Assembly (NCBI GenBank): GCA_020137815.1
Contig: CM035360.1
Span: 4,526,001-4,590,000 of the forward strand
Direction of reading: 5' to 3'
DNA: 64,000 nucleotides
From: Hormiphora californensis
Lineage: Eukaryota; Animalia; Ctenophora
Part shown: positions 60,660 to 64,000 of the stretch, one piece after another
Numbering within the stretch: the stretch's first letter is position 1
Layout of the letters: each line of letters opens with the position of its first letter
The notes under the pieces: generated by a model
What the model was told of the DNA's origin: nothing
Database searches by the model: none
What the model saw: the letters and a program-made list of their open reading frames with translations, nothing else
Made by a program: the position numbers and the translations under genes

Positions 60660-63600
60660 ATGCTGTCAATATTTTCTACTTTGGAAGAGTTAAGGGAGGC
60701 TCCCGATGAGGAAATCGTCAGGAGCCTCTTTTCTGTGGAACGTGCAATGGTTGTGCAATATTTCCTGGAGCTTCGAAACCAAGCAAACCAACCCATAGAC
60801 AATACAATATCCGACTTGTCCGTGATGTCATCCATTGATGACATCTGCCAAGCTCCAGATAGAACCATTGCTGCTGAGCTGCTCTATGCCCAGGGAGATT
60901 TGGTCGTTGCAGCCATACTGAAATTGAGAAGGAGTAAAGTAACGCCATCTCAACCGAGTGCACCTCCTACTGCTAAAGTACCACTGCCTGCAGCACCACA
61001 ACCTACTTCACAACATAAAGTACCTGCAGCACCACAACCCAGTGCACCGTCACCTTGTCCACCACCATACTTTAATGAAGAGCCACTTCCTTCTTTCAGT
61101 GGTAACTATACTTTATAGCATTATCAGACCATGGAATATATACTGTACCGCTTAGTTTGATAGCTGCTCTCTTTCAGGTGGATCACGCACACAGCCGTTT
61201 GGATATTCGTTGGACGCTAATACTACGAAAATCAAGTTAAAAGGTTGCCATGGTTACAGTTTAACGCCTGATAAACCACCATTTCCATACACATTTGAAG
61301 TTGCCTTGGATTCTGGAAAAGTTGGTTTCAAATCTGGAAAGTTGTATCTATCAGGTAAGAAACCAGGCTGTACAGGAAAAAAATCATCACGCCTCAACTT
61401 GGCCTCTAACTCGCAACTAACATTCCCTCAGCTCAGCCAAATGGAAGTCTCCAGTGGAACCGGCCTCATTTCCAAATCTGGGAGATGTTTAAAGTTGAGA
61501 AACAAAAAGATGGCAGATATACATTCCTCTCCCACCACGGGTGTTACCTGTCAGCCCAGCCTAATGGGACCTTCCAGGTGAACAGAAGGGAGGCTAAGGA
61601 GTGGGAAATGTTCACAGTTGAACAAGTACACTTTGAGAGAGGTTCCTTTCCAGCATTAGCCGATACTGTCTGGTGCTGGGCCCACAACGGATCTGAACAG
61701 AATGGCACTGTAACATTTCTGAAAAGTGGCCAGGTATCCTGGTCGGGGGGTGGAGCTCAGGGGAGGTGGAAACTGGAGAATGGAGGTCTGACAACTTCCT
61801 TTAATAATGTAGACCACACACTGGAATGTGACAAGGAGGGAAAGTGGGCAATTCTTAGGAAGCCACTTAGAAATCCACCATCTAGCATGTGGTACAATTG
61901 TGGTAGGTGTTCACTGTGAAACCATCTTCAACCAGATATATTTTACTTCAATCACACTTAAATTAAAGACCTTTTTAAAGATTAAATATTGCCTTAAACC
62001 AGGTCTCGGTAGCATGCAACCGTTTGGACCAACGTTAGTTTCCGATACTACGAAAATCAAATTAAAGGGTTGCCATGGTCACAGTTTGACGCCTGATAAA
62101 CCACCATTTCCATACACATTTGAAGTAGCCTTGGATTCTGGAAAAGTTGGTTTCAAATCTGGAAAGTTGTATTTATCAGGTAAGAAAACAGTAAGAAAAT
62201 CATTCAAATTGGTCCCTAACTCCCAACTAACTTTCCCTCAGCTCAGCCAAATGGAAGTCTCCAGTGGAACCGGCCTCATTTCCAAATCTGGGAGATGTTT
62301 AAAGTTGAGAAACAAAAAGATGGCAGATTTACATTCCTCTCCCACCATGGGTGTTACCTGTCAGCCCAGCCTAATGGGACCTTCCAGGTGAACAGAAGGG
62401 AGGCTAAGGAGTGGGAAATGTTCACAATTGAACAAGTACACTTTGAGAGAGGTTCCTTTCCAGCATTAGCCGATACTGTCTGGTGCTGGGCCCACAACGG
62501 ATCTGAACAGAATGGCACTGTAACATTTCTGAAAAGTGGCCAGGTATCCTGGTCGGGGGGTGGAGCTCAGGGGAGGTGGAGACTGGAGAATGGAGGTCTG
62601 ACAACTTCCTTTAATAATGTAGACCACACACTGGAATGTGACAAGGAGGGAAAGTGGGCAATTCTTAGGAAGCCACTTAGAAATCCACCATCTTGCATGT
62701 GGTACAATTGTGGTAGGTGTTCACTGTGAAACCATCTTCAACCAGAATCCAGATATATTTTACTGAAATCTTTACTGAAATTAAATCCCTTTTCAAAGCT
62801 TAGATATTGTTTTAAACCAGGTCTCGGTAACATGCAACCGTTTGGACCAACGTTAGTTTCCAATACTACGAAAATCAAGTTAAAAGGTTGCCATGGTTAC
62901 AGTTTGACGCCTGATAAACCACCATTTCCATACACATTTGAAGTTGCCTTGGATTCTGGAAAAGTTGGTTTCAAATCTGGAAAGTTGTATCTTTCGGGTA
63001 AGAAATCAAGAAATGAACCTGTGAGACTCCCATATTCTGCCAACACAGAATGGCGTGAAGTATGTGTGTGACAGAGAGTAGAAAGTTGCAAGAAAAGAAG
63101 ATTATTAAAATCAGGTGAGAGTGCAAGACATTGACCCGATTTCCAAGTTTTAATCGGCCCCTAGCCAGGTAGGAAATCAAGAAATCATCACGCCTTAACT
63201 TGGCCTCTAACTCCCAACTAAATTTCCCTCAGCTCAGCCAAATGGAAGTCTCCAGTGGAACCGGCCTCATTTCCAAATCTGGGAGATGTTTAAAGTTGAG
63301 AAACAAAAAGATGGCAGATTTACATTCCTCTCCCACCACGGGTGTTACCTGTCCGCCCAGCCTAATGGGACCTTCCAGGTGAACAGAAGGGAGGCTAAGG
63401 AGTGGGAAATGTTCACAGTTGAACAAGTACACTTTGAGAGAGGTTCCTTTCCAGAATTAGCCGATACTGTCTGGTGCTGGGCCCACAACGGATCTGAACA
63501 GAATGGCACTGTAACATTTCTGAAAAGTGGCCAGGTATCCTGGTCGGGGGGTGGAGCTCAGGGGAGGTGGAGACTGGAGAATGGAGGGTCTGACAACTTC

Positions 63601-64000
63601 CTTTAATAATGTAGACCACACACTGGAATGTGACAAGGAGGGAAAGTGGGCAATTCTTAGGAAGCCACTTAGAAATCCACCATCTAGCATGTGGTACAAT
63701 TGTGGTAGGTGTTCACTGTGAAACCATCATCAACCAGATATATTTTACTTTAATCCCACCTTTTTAAAGATTAAGTATTATCTTAAACCAGGTCTCGGTA
63801 ACACACAACCGTTTGGACCAACGTTAGTTTCCAAAAATACGAAAATCAAGTTAAAGGGTTGCCATGGTTACAGTTTGACGCCTGATAAACCACCATTTCC
63901 ATACACATTTGAAGTAGCCTTGGATTCTGGAAAAGTTGGATTCAAATCTGGAAAGTTGTATCTATCAGGTTAGGAATCAAGAAATGAACCTGTGAGATTC
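60660..64000 (+). CDS. Protein with helical N-terminal repeat, Pro-rich linker and at least 4 tandem fascin-like beta-trefoil + Trp/Gly-rich beta modules (runs off window)
   Basis: Exons 60660-61101, 61178-61354, 61432-61902, 62003-62179, 62242-62712, 62821-62997, 63233-~63704 and 63792-63968, all with phase-1 introns. Threefold motif (F)LS.HG.YLSAQPNG....NR.....WEMF. One extra G near 63587. Confidence 0.8.

Overview
Intron-rich animal genomic DNA with many (GA)n/(CT)n microsatellites. It is very probably from a ctenophore (Pleurobrachia-like), judged from the LRR-less LDLa-GPCR, the divergent single-exon rhodopsin-class GPCRs and dispersed repeats I recall from Pleurobrachia gene models; this assignment is from recall and has not been checked. 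Exon models were assembled by hand from GT-AG sites and phase arithmetic. In order, the window holds: an LDLa-repeat GPCR carrying several 1-nt insertions; a small secreted Cys-rich peptide; a co-directional minus-strand run METTL3 > EPS15 > twin-CX9C protein > secreted 2OG-Fe(II) oxygenase; two uncharacterised multi-exon genes; two rhodopsin-class GPCRs; a 13-exon type-I membrane receptor (signal peptide-ApeC-EGF-TM-Tyr-motif tail); and a partly duplicated gene built of near-identical tandem fascin-like beta-trefoil modules. Mobile DNA includes two long fold-back TTAA elements, an 8-bp-TSD element, several MITEs, Helitron ends, two LINE fragments and a tRNA-derived SINE. The best novelty candidates are the ApeC receptor, the beta-trefoil array gene, the possible trans-spliced gene cluster, and repeats or hairpins sitting on splice sites.
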